Origin: an uncultured Acidobacteriota bacterium
GTDB taxonomy: Bacteria > Acidobacteriota > Thermoanaerobaculia > Gp7-AA8
Direction of reading: 5' to 3'
Length of the DNA stretch: 64,000 nt
Assembly (NCBI GenBank): GCA_963822445.1
Contig: CAWGHO010000002.1
Span: 1,600,001 to 1,664,000, forward strand
Numbering within the stretch: position 1 is the first letter of the stretch; each line of letters opens with the position of its first letter. The position numbers were made by a program, and so were the translations under genes. Below, piece by piece: positions 40,067 through 49,767 of the stretch. Under the pieces are notes generated by a model. It saw only the letters and a program-made list of their open reading frames with translations. It was not told the DNA's origin and made no database searches.

Positions 40067-40253
40067 GTTGGAAACGGCAGCCGAACGCCCGGCGCACGCG
40101 CATCGGCGTGTGCGCGCGATATTCGTCGATGAGGAAGATCGCGCCGCGCGCCGCGAACCCGCGGCCGTGAGGGACGGCGAAATCATGGATCGCGAAGATC
40201 GCGACGATGAGGGCGGCTACGAAGAGCGCTCGGCGGCTTTTGCTTCGTCCCAA
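39939..40253 (-). CDS. yidD: membrane protein insertion efficiency factor YidD-like protein
   Basis: CRFQPTCSAY...KYG..KG....WRIARCGP; extra N-terminal hydrophobic helix; start uncertain. Confidence 0.8.
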   Translation of the reverse strand: MGRSKSRRALFVAALIVAIFAIHDFAVPHGRGFAARGAIFLIDEYRAHTPMRVRRAFGCRFQPTCSAYGRAAISKYGFGKGSLKTVWRIARCGPWTKAGTLDLP

Positions 40254-41002
40254 AGCTTGTCCATCTCCTCGAGCTCGAGCTGGTCGAGATTCTGCCCCCG
40301 CTCGTGCACCTGTTTTTCCATCGACTCGAAGCGGCGCATGAACTTGCGGTTCGTCGACTGCAGCGCTTCCTCCGGATTCGCACTCACCTTGCGGGCGATG
40401 TTGGCGATGGTGAACAGCAGATCGCCGATCTCATCCTCGATTTTCGCCGCTTCCCCCGACGCGACAGCCTCGCGCAGCTCGGCGATCTCCTCCTCGAGCT
40501 TGTCGAAGACGTCGTCCGTGCGCCGCCAGTCGAATCCGACGCGCGCCGCTTTCTCGGTCAGACGCGAGGCCTTCAGCAGCGCCGGCATCGAACGCGGGAC
40601 GCCCGAGAGCACGCTCTTGTTCTCCGCCTTCCGCTCGTCGCTCTTCAGCTTCTCCCAGTTCACGAGCACCTGCTCCGCGTCGTCGGCCTTCGCGTCGGCG
40701 AAGACATGGGGATGACGGCGAACCAGCTTGTCGTGTATGGCGGTGATGGAGTCGTAGACGTCGAACGTCCCTTCCTCCCGCGTGATCTCGGCGATGAACA
40801 CCGCTTCGAGCAGGAGATCGCCGACCTCTTCGAGCAGCGCCGCGCGGTCATCGCGATCGATCGCGTCGACGACTTCATAGGCTTCCTCGATGACGTAAGG
40901 CTTGAGGTCCGGCAGCGTCTGCTTGCGGTCCCACGGACAGCCGTCCGGACCGCGCAGAGTGGTCATCAGTTTCACGAGATCTTCGAACGAACGGCGCGAC
41001 AT
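40217..41002 (-). CDS. mazG: nucleoside triphosphate pyrophosphohydrolase
   Basis: LRGPDGCPWDRKQT, EEAYEV, EEVGDLL, KLVRRHPHVF, GFDW, EIGDLLF. Confidence 0.95.
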   Translation of the reverse strand: MSRRSFEDLVKLMTTLRGPDGCPWDRKQTLPDLKPYVIEEAYEVVDAIDRDDRAALLEEVGDLLLEAVFIAEITREEGTFDVYDSITAIHDKLVRRHPHVFADAKADDAEQVLVNWEKLKSDERKAENKSVLSGVPRSMPALLKASRLTEKAARVGFDWRRTDDVFDKLEEEIAELREAVASGEAAKIEDEIGDLLFTIANIARKVSANPEEALQSTNRKFMRRFESMEKQVHERGQNLDQLELEEMDKLWDEAKAAERSS

Positions 41003-41053
41003 GCCGGGCATTCTAAGGGAGCGCTCTGTTAGCATGATGCGACCGATAGCCCC

Positions 41054-44000
41054 ATGCTCAACCAGGTCCTCATTGTTGCCGGCGAGCACGCCGCGCGCAC
41101 GCCGTCGGAGGTCGCGCGCTCGCTCCGCCTGACACCGGTCGTGGCCGGCTCCGCGCAGGAGGCAGTCGACCTTCTCGAGCGCCATGCATTTCGTCTGATC
41201 GCCGTCAGCGGCAGCTCCGCCTGGCAGCACGTGCGCGATGCCGCGGAGAGCAAGCAGCCGATGACGCGCGTGCTCGAATTGCCCGAGGCATCGTCGGACG
41301 ATTCCGCGATCCGCACGCTGATGGTTCGCTACCTTGCGCCGTCGACGGAGCGCTCGCGCTTCTCGGCGGAAGAGCGTTATCGCTTCCTTTCCACGATGCT
41401 CGAGTCGTTCACGGCGACGCTCGACCTCCGCGAAGTGCTGCGCCGCATCGTCTCGAGCACGCGTGAAGAGTTCGGCGCAGACCGCGCCTGGCTCCTGCAT
41501 CCGGTCAACGAGCAATCCGAATTCGCGAAAGTCGCCTTCACGGTCACCGCGACCGGAACCGCCGGCGACCTCGCCGACAAAGGTCCGGTCCCGCTCACCG
41601 GCTCGCACAACCTCATCCGCCGCGGACTGGAATCCTCGCGGCCGGTGACGATCGCCGAGGGCGATCCCGATCTCGATCCGGCGCTGGCGGAGCGCTTCAG
41701 GATCCGCTCGGCGATGATCCAGATCCTCCGGCCGCGCGAAGACGAGCCCTGGGCCTTCGGTCTGCACATGTGCGAGACCGATCGCGAGTGGTCGGAAGAA
41801 GAGAGCTCGCTCTTTGCGGAGATCGGCCGCTACGCGACGCTGGCCCTCAACAACACCCTCCTGCACAACCGCGCCATCCGCGAGATGGCCAAGGTCAACG
41901 CCATCCTCGATCAGATTCCGGAGTCGGCCGCGATCTACGACCGCGATGGACGCCTCGAGCGCATGAACGCCGCGGCGCTGCGCGAACCGGCCGCGCTCTT
42001 CGCGGCGGATGGCGAAGGAAAGCCGCGCGAAGTGACCCGTCAGCGGTACGTCGACGGCAGTCCGCTTTCGCCCGACGAGCTTCCGGCGCGGCGCGCGCTT
42101 CGCGGCGAGACGGTCAAATCCGATTACCTCGTGCATGACGCGCGCACCGAGGATGACCGCGTCATCAATCTCAAGGCCGCGCCGATCCGCGACGACAAGG
42201 GCCGCATCATCGGCTCCGTTCTGCTTTCGCGCGACGTGACCGAGGAGCGGCAGACCGCGGAGCGCGAATCATGGCGCCGCCGCCGCGCCGAATGCCTGGC
42301 CAACCTCGGCCTCGAGATGGCCGCGATGCAGACCACCTTCGACAACCTCGACGACTCCGCGCAGCGCATCGCCCAGGCCGTCGATGGAATGGTTCGCATC
42401 TACCTCTACCATCCCGGCAACGGCACGCTGGACCTGGTCGGCTACAGCGCGATTCCTGGTGAGCTCGAAGAGCACCGCACCTACTTCACGTCTCATCCGT
42501 ACCGGCCCGGCGAAGGTCTGCCCGGCACGGTCTTCCACATCGGCCGGCCGTTGCTGTTCTTCGAAGTGCGCGGCGACGCGCTGCTCGATTTCTCGCGCGA
42601 CGAGGAAGAGCGCAAGGTCAAAGCCGCGCTGCACGAGCAAAGCCTCATCGCCTGTCCCATCGAGTCGTACGGCGAGCGCATCGGCGCGCTGATCATTTCC
42701 CAGCCCGATCCGCGCCGGAACTTCGATGCCGAGGATCTGGAGTTCGCGCAGTCGATCGCGGATCGCATCGGCGCCGCGAGCCACATCCACCGCCTGACGC
42801 GCATCGCCCAGGATGGACATCGCGCCGCGGAAGAGCTGGCCCGCAGCGAGGTCGATGCGCGCGTCCGCTTCGAAGCGGTCCTCGAGAGCGCGCCGATCGG
42901 CATCGCCGTCGTTTCCGCGGACGAGCTCCGTTACGAGCTCGCCAACGCCCGCTACCTCGACTTCGCGGCGCGCTTCGGCAAGATCTCCAACGACACCAAG
43001 GTCATCGGCCTGCGCGTCAGCGAGGTCATCCCGGGCGTCGAGCAGATCCTCAAGCAGGTCGCCGAGACCGCTGAGCCGCGCATCGACGAAGAGCTGGTCG
43101 TCGACGACACGTACGTCAATCGCATCATCTCCGCGGCGCGTGGCCGCTTCTCCGGAATCACCCAGTCGCTGACCATCCTCGTGCAGGACGTCACCGATCA
43201 GGTCCTGGCCCGCCGCGAGGTCGAGAACCTGGCCGCGATGATGGCCGAGCGCTCCGCGCGTCTCGACTCGATCCTCGGATCGATGACCGACGGTCTGTGG
43301 GTTTACGACGTGAACGGCGCGGTGGTCGACGTCAATCAGGCCGCGCTCAACATGTTCGGACTGGCTTCGCGTGCCGAGGCGATCGAGCATGGGTCGTTCG
43401 AGCGCTTGCACCTGCGCGATTCGGAAGGCCGTCCGATCTCGCGCACGGAAATGCCGTATGCGCGAGCGTTGTCCGGGCAGACCGTTCCCGACTACCTCGC
43501 CATCGGCAAGCACTTCATCACCGGCCGCGATCTCGATCTGTCCATCGCCGCCGCGCCGATCGAGAGCAAAGGCATCGTCGGCGCGGTCCTGGTCATCCGC
43601 GACATCACCGCGCTGCAGGAGCTCGATCGCAAGAAGGACGAGTTCCTCTCCGTCGCATCGCACGAGTTGCGCACGCCCCTGACGACGATCAAGGGGTACA
43701 CGCAGCTCCTCGCGCAGACCGTGAACGAGCTCGAGCCCGACGAGCGCGCGACCTACATCAACGCGGTCCTCGGCGAGATCGAGCGGATGATGGGGCTGAT
43801 CTCCGAGCTCCTCGACGTCTCGCGCATCGAGACCAACCGCCTGCAGATCCATCCCCAGCCGATCCGCTGGATCGACTTCATCGCCGGACGCATCTCCGCG
43901 TTCCGCGTGCAGCACACCTCGCGCGACATCCGCTTCGAAGTGTCGACGCCGGAAACCGCCGTGCATGCCGATCCCGATCGCATGCGCCAGGTCATCGACA

Positions 44001-44308
44001 ACCTGCTCTCGAACGCGTTGAAGTATTCGGCGGAAGGAACGGAGATCGACGTGAACGTCGTGGTGGAGGGATCGTTCATCCTCACCTCGATCACCGACCA
44101 CGGCATCGGCATCCCCCGCGACGAGATCCCCCAGCTGTTCGAGCGCTTCCACCGCGCGCGCAACGTCTCCAGCCGCTACTACGGCGGCCTCGGTCTCGGC
44201 CTCTACATCGCCAGGGCCATCGTCGATGCGCACGGCGGCAGGATCATCGTGATGAGCGACGAAGGCTCGGGGTCGACGTTCACCGTGTGCATGCCGCTGC
44301 CGGCTTAA
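41054..44308 (+). CDS. cytoplasmic multi-sensor histidine kinase (pseudo-receiver, GAF, PAS, GAF, PAS, PAS, HisKA, HATPase)
   Basis: SHELRTPLT H-box, NLLSNALKY, DHGIGI, GGLGLGL; GAF and PAS segments; no TM. Confidence 0.9.
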   Translation: MLNQVLIVAGEHAARTPSEVARSLRLTPVVAGSAQEAVDLLERHAFRLIAVSGSSAWQHVRDAAESKQPMTRVLELPEASSDDSAIRTLMVRYLAPSTERSRFSAEERYRFLSTMLESFTATLDLREVLRRIVSSTREEFGADRAWLLHPVNEQSEFAKVAFTVTATGTAGDLADKGPVPLTGSHNLIRRGLESSRPVTIAEGDPDLDPALAERFRIRSAMIQILRPREDEPWAFGLHMCETDREWSEEESSLFAEIGRYATLALNNTLLHNRAIREMAKVNAILDQIPESAAIYDRDGRLERMNAAALREPAALFAADGEGKPREVTRQRYVDGSPLSPDELPARRALRGETVKSDYLVHDARTEDDRVINLKAAPIRDDKGRIIGSVLLSRDVTEERQTAERESWRRRRAECLANLGLEMAAMQTTFDNLDDSAQRIAQAVDGMVRIYLYHPGNGTLDLVGYSAIPGELEEHRTYFTSHPYRPGEGLPGTVFHIGRPLLFFEVRGDALLDFSRDEEERKVKAALHEQSLIACPIESYGERIGALIISQPDPRRNFDAEDLEFAQSIADRIGAASHIHRLTRIAQDGHRAAEELARSEVDARVRFEAVLESAPIGIAVVSADELRYELANARYLDFAARFGKISNDTKVIGLRVSEVIPGVEQILKQVAETAEPRIDEELVVDDTYVNRIISAARGRFSGITQSLTILVQDVTDQVLARREVENLAAMMAERSARLDSILGSMTDGLWVYDVNGAVVDVNQAALNMFGLASRAEAIEHGSFERLHLRDSEGRPISRTEMPYARALSGQTVPDYLAIGKHFITGRDLDLSIAAAPIESKGIVGAVLVIRDITALQELDRKKDEFLSVASHELRTPLTTIKGYTQLLAQTVNELEPDERATYINAVLGEIERMMGLISELLDVSRIETNRLQIHPQPIRWIDFIAGRISAFRVQHTSRDIRFEVSTPETAVHADPDRMRQVIDNLLSNALKYSAEGTEIDVNVVVEGSFILTSITDHGIGIPRDEIPQLFERFHRARNVSSRYYGGLGLGLYIARAIVDAHGGRIIVMSDEGSGSTFTVCMPLPA

Positions 44309-44326
44309 CTTCACGCCGACTTCACA
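44308..44326 (+). promoter_or_regulatory. putative Pho box (11-bp direct repeat)
   Basis: ACTTCAC at 44308 and 44319; TACTCT -10-like box at 44358 before the porin. Confidence 0.6.
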
Positions 44327-44370
44327 CGCTGCCCCTGCCGGCTTTTCATCGGCCACCTACTCTGCGGCCC

Positions 44371-45510
44371 ATGAAGAAACTGCATTTCGCGATCATCGTG
44401 TGCGCGGCGCTCCTCGTATCGGCGCCCGTCTTTGCCCAGGACACACCGCCGGAGGAAACGCCGGCCGAGCAGACTCCGACCGAGGAAAGCGCGCCTGAGG
44501 AAAACCCGCTGGCCGAGGCGATGACGGAGCTTCGCAATTCCGTCGAGAACCTCAACCGCATGCGCCTCAGCGGCTACATCCAGGCGCAGTACGTCAACGA
44601 CGAGCGCTCGCTGAACGAGCTGTCGTCTCCCACCGCCACGCGCAATCTCGATCAGTTCTCCGTGCGCCGCGCGCGGGTGAAGTTCACCTATCAATTCAGC
44701 CCGACCTCGCGGTTCGTCCTGCAGCCGGACGTGACCAGCTCCGGCGTGACGCTCAAGGACGGTTACGTCGAATTCACCGAGCCCTGGACGACGTGGAAGC
44801 ACACGCTGACGGCCGGCCAGTTCAACTGGCCGTTCGGCTTCGAGATCATGTACTCCTCGAGCTCGCGCGAAGTGCCGGAGCGCTCGCGCGTGGTGCGCAC
44901 GCTCTTCCCCGGCGAACGCGATCGCGGCGTGATGCTCTCCGGCCTCGGTCTTCGCGAGAAGCTCAGTTACCGCGTCGCGGTCGTGAACGGCACAGGCACC
45001 TCGCAGAGTTTCGACGTCAACAAGCGCAAAGACGTCGTCGGCCGTCTCGGGTACTCGTTTGGTCCCGTCGATGTGGGCCTGTCGGCGTATCGCGGCTCCG
45101 ATCTCGTCGCCACGAGCACCAACAGCCGCGGCATCGAGTTCGACAAAGAGCGAAACGGCATCGACGTGCAATGGATCACTCCGATCCAGGGCCTTGGACT
45201 GCGCGGTGAGTACATCACCGGCAAGCAGGCCCCGTCGTCCGGCTCGAGCCGCAGCGTCTCGCAGGACGTGAACGGCTGGTACTTCTACGCCATCCAGAAC
45301 CTCGGCACGCGGCATCAGTTCGTGGTGCGCCTCGATCAGTACGACGCCGATACGAACGTCGACAACAACGCGATACGCACGATCAACCCGAGCTACATCT
45401 TCCACTGGGATGCGAACAGCAAAGTGATGGCTTCCTACGAGCTCATCGAGACCCAGGCCAACGATCCGGACGACAACGTCTTCACGCTTCGCTACCAGTA
45501 CAGCTTCTAG
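44371..45510 (+). CDS. phosphate-selective porin (OprO/OprP-like)
   Basis: Signal peptide, SGYIQAQY, FSVRRARV, AGQF..PFG.E, RDRGV, terminal YQYSF; directly upstream of pstS. Confidence 0.8.
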   Translation: MKKLHFAIIVCAALLVSAPVFAQDTPPEETPAEQTPTEESAPEENPLAEAMTELRNSVENLNRMRLSGYIQAQYVNDERSLNELSSPTATRNLDQFSVRRARVKFTYQFSPTSRFVLQPDVTSSGVTLKDGYVEFTEPWTTWKHTLTAGQFNWPFGFEIMYSSSSREVPERSRVVRTLFPGERDRGVMLSGLGLREKLSYRVAVVNGTGTSQSFDVNKRKDVVGRLGYSFGPVDVGLSAYRGSDLVATSTNSRGIEFDKERNGIDVQWITPIQGLGLRGEYITGKQAPSSGSSRSVSQDVNGWYFYAIQNLGTRHQFVVRLDQYDADTNVDNNAIRTINPSYIFHWDANSKVMASYELIETQANDPDDNVFTLRYQYSF

Positions 45511-45522
45511 GAGAACCCCACA

Positions 45523-46344
45523 ATGAAAAGGATCCTCAGCGCACTTCTCACTGCCGCGATCGCACTGCCGTTGCTCGCCGCGAAACCGATCTCGATCAAA
45601 GGCTCGGACACGATGGTCATCATGAACGCGCGTCTCGCGGAGACGTTCATGAGCAAGCAGCCCGGCACGGTCATTCAGGTCACCGGCGGCGGTTCGGGCG
45701 TCGGCATCGCCGCGCTGATCAACGGCACGACCGACATCGCGGCGTCCTCACGTCCGATCAAGACCAGCGAGATCGACAAGCTGAAGGCGCGTTTCGCCAC
45801 GGTCGGCTACACCTACCCGATCGCGCGCGACGGTCTGTCGGTTTATCTCAACACCGCCAACCCCGTGAAAGAGCTCACCCTCGGCCAGATCCGCGACATT
45901 TACACGGGAAAGATCACCAACTGGAAGCAGGTCGGCGGCAACGACACGACGATCCTCATTTACTCGCGCGAGAACTCGTCCGGCACTTACACCTACTTCA
46001 AGGACAACGTCCTCATGGGCAAGGATTTTTCGCCGCGCGCGCAGACCCTGCAGGGCACCGCGGGCGTCGTGAATGCGGTGGCGAAGGATCCGAACGGCAT
46101 CGGCTACGGCGGTGCGGCCTACGCGAAGGGCATCAAGTTCGCGGCCGTGAAGAAGGATGAGAAGAGTCCGGCCATCCTCCCGTCGCTCGAGACGGTTCGC
46201 ACGGGCCAGTATCCGATCAGCCGCTATCTCTATCTTTATACGCGGGTGAAGCCGTCGAAGGAGATGAAGTCGTTCATCGATTGGGCGACCGGGCCGGAAG
46301 GGCAGGCCATCGTCAGCAAGGTGGGGTATTTCCCGGTGAAGTGA
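45523..46344 (+). CDS. pstS: phosphate ABC transporter substrate-binding protein (periplasmic copy)
   Basis: KGSDTM, GGGSGVG, SSRPI, RENSSGT, YPISRYLY. Confidence 0.92.
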   Translation: MKRILSALLTAAIALPLLAAKPISIKGSDTMVIMNARLAETFMSKQPGTVIQVTGGGSGVGIAALINGTTDIAASSRPIKTSEIDKLKARFATVGYTYPIARDGLSVYLNTANPVKELTLGQIRDIYTGKITNWKQVGGNDTTILIYSRENSSGTYTYFKDNVLMGKDFSPRAQTLQGTAGVVNAVAKDPNGIGYGGAAYAKGIKFAAVKKDEKSPAILPSLETVRTGQYPISRYLYLYTRVKPSKEMKSFIDWATGPEGQAIVSKVGYFPVK

Positions 46345-46388
46345 GCGCGGTGTAGTGCCTGCACCACACGCGCTTACAATCGCGCGCC

Positions 46389-47891
46389 GTGCCGATCCCC
46401 CTGTCCTCCCGCCGCCGCTGGGCTGTCACCGCCGGCGTGATGACGGGAATGCTCCTCGCGGCTCTCGAAGGAACGGTGGTCGGTACGGCGATGCCGACCA
46501 TCGTCGCCGCGCTGGGAGGGCTCGCTCACTACAGCTGGGTCGTCTCGGCCTACCTGCTCACGTCGACGGTCACCGTTCCCGTCTGGGGCAAGCTCTCCGA
46601 CCTCTTCGGCCGCCGTCCGATTTTTCAGATCGGGATCGGCGTCTTCCTTCTCGGATCGCTGGCCTGCGGCATGTCCCAGTCGATGACTCAGCTCATCATC
46701 GCGCGCGCCGCGCAGGGGCTCGGCGCCGGCGCGCTGGTGCCGCTGGCCATGACCATCATCGGCGACATCTTCACCCTCGAGGAGCGGGCGAAGATGCAGG
46801 GGCTGTTCAGCGGAGTCTGGGGAGTTTCGAGCGTCGTCGGCCCGCTGCTCGGCGGCTTCGTCACCGACCAGCTCTCGTGGCGCTGGGTCTTCTACATCAA
46901 CCTTCCGGTCGGCATCGCCGCGGCGCTGATCATCGGCTTCGCGCTCATCGAGCAGAAACGGGAAGAGAAGCCTTCCATCGATTACGCCGGCGCGGCGCTG
47001 CTCACCGCCGCGGTCACGATTCTGCTGCTCGTCCTGAGCGCGCAACATCTCTTCACGTTGCGCAACGCAGCGCTCGCGGCGATCACGATCGTGCTGTTCG
47101 CGATCTTCGTTTACGTCGAGCGGCGGGCGGCGGATCCGGTCGTACCGTTCGCGCTCTTCCGCAATCGAGTCGTCGCCGTGGCGATCGTGGTCGGCTTCCT
47201 GGCGGGCATCGCGATGTTCGCCGTGATCACCTTCATCCCGCTGCTGGCCCAGGGCGTCCTCGGCGCGACGGCGACCGAGGCGGGGACGTTCTTGACGCCG
47301 CTGATGCTGTCGTGGGTTTTCGCGTCGATCGTCGGCGGGCGGCTGCTGATCCGGCTCGGCTCGCGGTCGATCGTGGTGGCCGGGCTGGCGTTGATGTTCG
47401 CGGGATTCGCGGCGCTGGCGACATTCACGCGGGCGACGCCGCGCGGTCTGATCATCGCCGAGCTGATTCTCATCGGCTCCGGACTCGGCCTGACCATGCT
47501 CACGCTGCTCATCGCCTCACAGCATTCCGTGCCGCGCGAGCAACTCGGCATCACCACGTCGCTCAACCAGTTCTCGCGCTCGATCGGCGGGACGGTCGGC
47601 GTCGCGCTCCTCGGCGCATTTCTCACAGCGGGACTCGCGCAGTTCTCGGCGAATCCGAATGCGCTCATCAACGCCGAAGCACGGGTTCACCTGCCGGCGG
47701 CGGAGCTGCTCGCGTTGCAGGGGGCGTTGGAGGGATCGTTGCGGACGATCTTCGCCGTCTGCGCGATGGTCGTGGTGGTTGCGCTCGCGGCGGCGATCAC
47801 ATTGCCGGCAAGCCGCCTCGGCGCGCATGCGGAACGGATGGTGATGGCGGAGATGACCACCATCGACTCCGAGCACGAGCCCGAGGGGTGA
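46389..47891 (+). CDS. MFS drug:H+ antiporter (14-TM type)
   Basis: GKLSDLFGRR motif A, RAAQGLGAG, WRWVFYINLP. Confidence 0.92.
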   Translation: MPIPLSSRRRWAVTAGVMTGMLLAALEGTVVGTAMPTIVAALGGLAHYSWVVSAYLLTSTVTVPVWGKLSDLFGRRPIFQIGIGVFLLGSLACGMSQSMTQLIIARAAQGLGAGALVPLAMTIIGDIFTLEERAKMQGLFSGVWGVSSVVGPLLGGFVTDQLSWRWVFYINLPVGIAAALIIGFALIEQKREEKPSIDYAGAALLTAAVTILLLVLSAQHLFTLRNAALAAITIVLFAIFVYVERRAADPVVPFALFRNRVVAVAIVVGFLAGIAMFAVITFIPLLAQGVLGATATEAGTFLTPLMLSWVFASIVGGRLLIRLGSRSIVVAGLALMFAGFAALATFTRATPRGLIIAELILIGSGLGLTMLTLLIASQHSVPREQLGITTSLNQFSRSIGGTVGVALLGAFLTAGLAQFSANPNALINAEARVHLPAAELLALQGALEGSLRTIFAVCAMVVVVALAAAITLPASRLGAHAERMVMAEMTTIDSEHEPEG

Positions 47892-47898
47892 GGGGTGA

Positions 47899-48270
47899 TC
47901 AGGCGCAGTGCGCCAGCGCGGCGTCGATGACCTGGTCGACGTCGGCGGGCTTCACGATCGTGCTGGTCACCAGCGCTTTCGCCGCCGCGGCGACGCGCTC
48001 CCAGATGTCGGGATAGCCGGTAACGACGACGACGTTCGGTTGTTTCGGGCGCGCGGCAATCGTGTCCAGCAGCGGCGTCGTGTCGCCCTGGCCCATCCGC
48101 AGGTCGAGCAGGATGCCGCAGTAGTCGCTCGAACGGCTGATCAGGTCATCCGCTTCGGAAACCGTTTCGGCGACGTCGGCGTCGATCAGGCGGCGCTGGC
48201 AGCGCATGGCGAGCGACCAGCGGAATGCGTAGTCATCTTCGACGATGAGCACACGGTGGGTATGGGACAC
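47899..48270 (-). CDS. single-domain response regulator
   Basis: LIVEDD, LLDLRM, VTG, VKP receiver motifs. Confidence 0.85.
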   Translation of the reverse strand: MSHTHRVLIVEDDYAFRWSLAMRCQRRLIDADVAETVSEADDLISRSSDYCGILLDLRMGQGDTTPLLDTIAARPKQPNVVVVTGYPDIWERVAAAAKALVTSTIVKPADVDQVIDAALAHCA

Positions 48271-48332
48271 GGTCTCGATCTCCTGCCAGGGCGATGGTTT
48301 TGGACGCTCGCTTCTTTATACAACAGGCCCGG

Positions 48333-49148
48333 TCAGCGTGGCGCTACGGTCGTGACCTGCTGCGTTTTGTTGTTCGTGATGCTCACGAACGCCCAGTAGG
48401 GCACGGGCGGCAGAAGCGCCATCGGCTCGGTCATCGGCTCGATCGAAACGCGTACGCGATTCACGCCGCCGATCTCGATGGCGAACAGATCGGTGAGTGT
48501 GATCTGCGCGAGCGAAGTGCCGATCTGATTCGGCGGCGGCGGCGGAGGAAGCTCGAGGGTGACGACGTCGTCACGGAGCAGGCGGTCATCGGCGGTGCCG
48601 GTCACTTCGTACAGCTTCACGCGCAACCGCGCCGTGGCCAGGTTGTCGAGCAGCGCGTAAATGCGGAGGGTCTGCCGGTAGTCGCTGCCGAAGGGGATGT
48701 TGGTCATGTGCGAGGGATTGGTGAAGAAGTCGCGCTCGCGCACGACGGGGATCTCGGCGCCCCACGATTCCGACTGACGATTCAGATCGCGCACGTGGAG
48801 CGTGAAGGCGATCTGGCCGGCGTGGTCGGCCGGCACGAGGAGCAGCACGCCCGGGCTGCTCGGGCTTCCGAGCGCGGGAATGCGCGTGGTGCGGCCGGGC
48901 GCGAGCTCGAACGACGGCGCACAAGCCACATTGGAGCCGCCAAGCGTGCAGGGCAGCGTGCCGACGACCACCGGCTGACCGTTGGCGTTCATCGCCCACA
49001 GTTCGGCGGTCCAGAGGGAGTTGTTCGCGCCGGCTACGTCATCGACGCTGATCGGCACGAGCACGCGCTGGAGCGGCGGCGGCGTGAGCGCGTTGGCGGT
49101 GACGGTCAGCAGCGTGAGAGCGAGGGCAGCGATGCGGAGGAAGGCCAT
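48333..49148 (-). CDS. secreted hypothetical protein
   Basis: Signal peptide; RVLVPI..GANNSLW.EL, EIPVVRERDF, WAFVSITNN.TQQVT; TACAAT 5 nt before ATG. Confidence 0.72.
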   Translation of the reverse strand: MAFLRIAALALTLLTVTANALTPPPLQRVLVPISVDDVAGANNSLWTAELWAMNANGQPVVVGTLPCTLGGSNVACAPSFELAPGRTTRIPALGSPSSPGVLLLVPADHAGQIAFTLHVRDLNRQSESWGAEIPVVRERDFFTNPSHMTNIPFGSDYRQTLRIYALLDNLATARLRVKLYEVTGTADDRLLRDDVVTLELPPPPPPNQIGTSLAQITLTDLFAIEIGGVNRVRVSIEPMTEPMALLPPVPYWAFVSITNNKTQQVTTVAPR

Positions 49149-49216
49149 GCCTGATTGTACGGACATAGGCGCCGCGTTCGCTCTTCACCGCGGTTTCACA
49201 GGCTATCGCCTGCGAG

Positions 49217-49384
49217 ATGCGTCATCTCGCCGCGCGCTGCTACAGCCCCGTGTATTGCGCGAGCGCGATCGGCTACTACGAGCAGGTCATCGTGATGCAC
49301 GGCGGCACATCGGTGACTGCCGAGGAAGTGCTCTGCCAATGCGAAGGCGCTGAAGCGTGCGTGTTCCGGCTGCGCTGGTCATGA
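49217..49384 (+). CDS. 55-aa V4R-like Cys-containing small protein or gene remnant (not in the ORF track)
   Basis: MRHLAARCYSPVYCASAIGYYEQVIVMHGGTSVTAEEVLCQCEGAEACVFRLRWS; C...G..E...E..C...G...C.F..W pattern. Confidence 0.5.
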   Translation: MRHLAARCYSPVYCASAIGYYEQVIVMHGGTSVTAEEVLCQCEGAEACVFRLRWS

Positions 49385-49466
49385 GGCCGCGATTCTTTAC
49401 ACGCTCTGTACATCCGATCCACATGGTTGTGGCGCATGATTCGCGCGTCATAACGCGAGAGATCCC

Positions 49467-49697
49467 ATGGCAAAAAGAAACCGCTTCCTCTACACGTGGT
49501 CGGGGGGTGTGTTGGGGCGGGTTGGGTCGGTACCCGAGGCTCGCCTGCGGGCCTGGGAGTACGACATCGTTTCGGCGGATGGGTGGTTGTCGGACGCCGA
49601 TGGCGTGACGGACACCGTGCGGCTCTGGCGCACGCGGCGACCTGATCTCGCTCCGCCGGAGCTGTGGGTCGGCGACGTGGAAGTCGTCGAGGCCTGA
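49467..49697 (+). CDS. small hypothetical protein
   Basis: 76-aa ORF filling the gap before pstS; GAGA SD-like sequence. Confidence 0.5.
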   Translation: MAKRNRFLYTWSGGVLGRVGSVPEARLRAWEYDIVSADGWLSDADGVTDTVRLWRTRRPDLAPPELWVGDVEVVEA

Positions 49698-49702
49698 ACG
49701 CG

Positions 49703-49721
49703 CTTTACACCGAATTTACAT
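49703..49721 (+). promoter_or_regulatory. putative Pho box of the pstSCAB operon
   Basis: CTTTACA at 49703 and ATTTACA at 49714; TATCGT -10-like box at 49752. Confidence 0.62.
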
Positions 49722-49767
49722 CGCCTTCCCTCTCCCTAGACGCCGCGGTCCTATCGTCCCTCTCGAC

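Noticed and set aside
7954-41002. Repair genes (uvrA, ligC, nei, lhr, nth, mazG) as one island or defence system
   Set aside because: Spread over 33 kb on both strands among unrelated genes; no integrase or boundary repeats; lhr-nei linkage is already known.
41003-42136. Apparent N-terminal extension making MazG 639 aa
   Set aside because: Antisense to the histidine kinase; MazG homology starts at 41002, 7 nt after a TAGAAT box.
43297-44370. Apparent kinase-overlapping extension of the porin ORF
   Set aside because: Arg-rich off-frame reading; the signal peptide starts at ATG 44371.
49276-49473. Minus-strand ORF ending STSSAVTDVPPCITMTCS as a RiPP precursor
   Set aside because: No modifying enzymes nearby; better explained as antisense of the V4R-like ORF.
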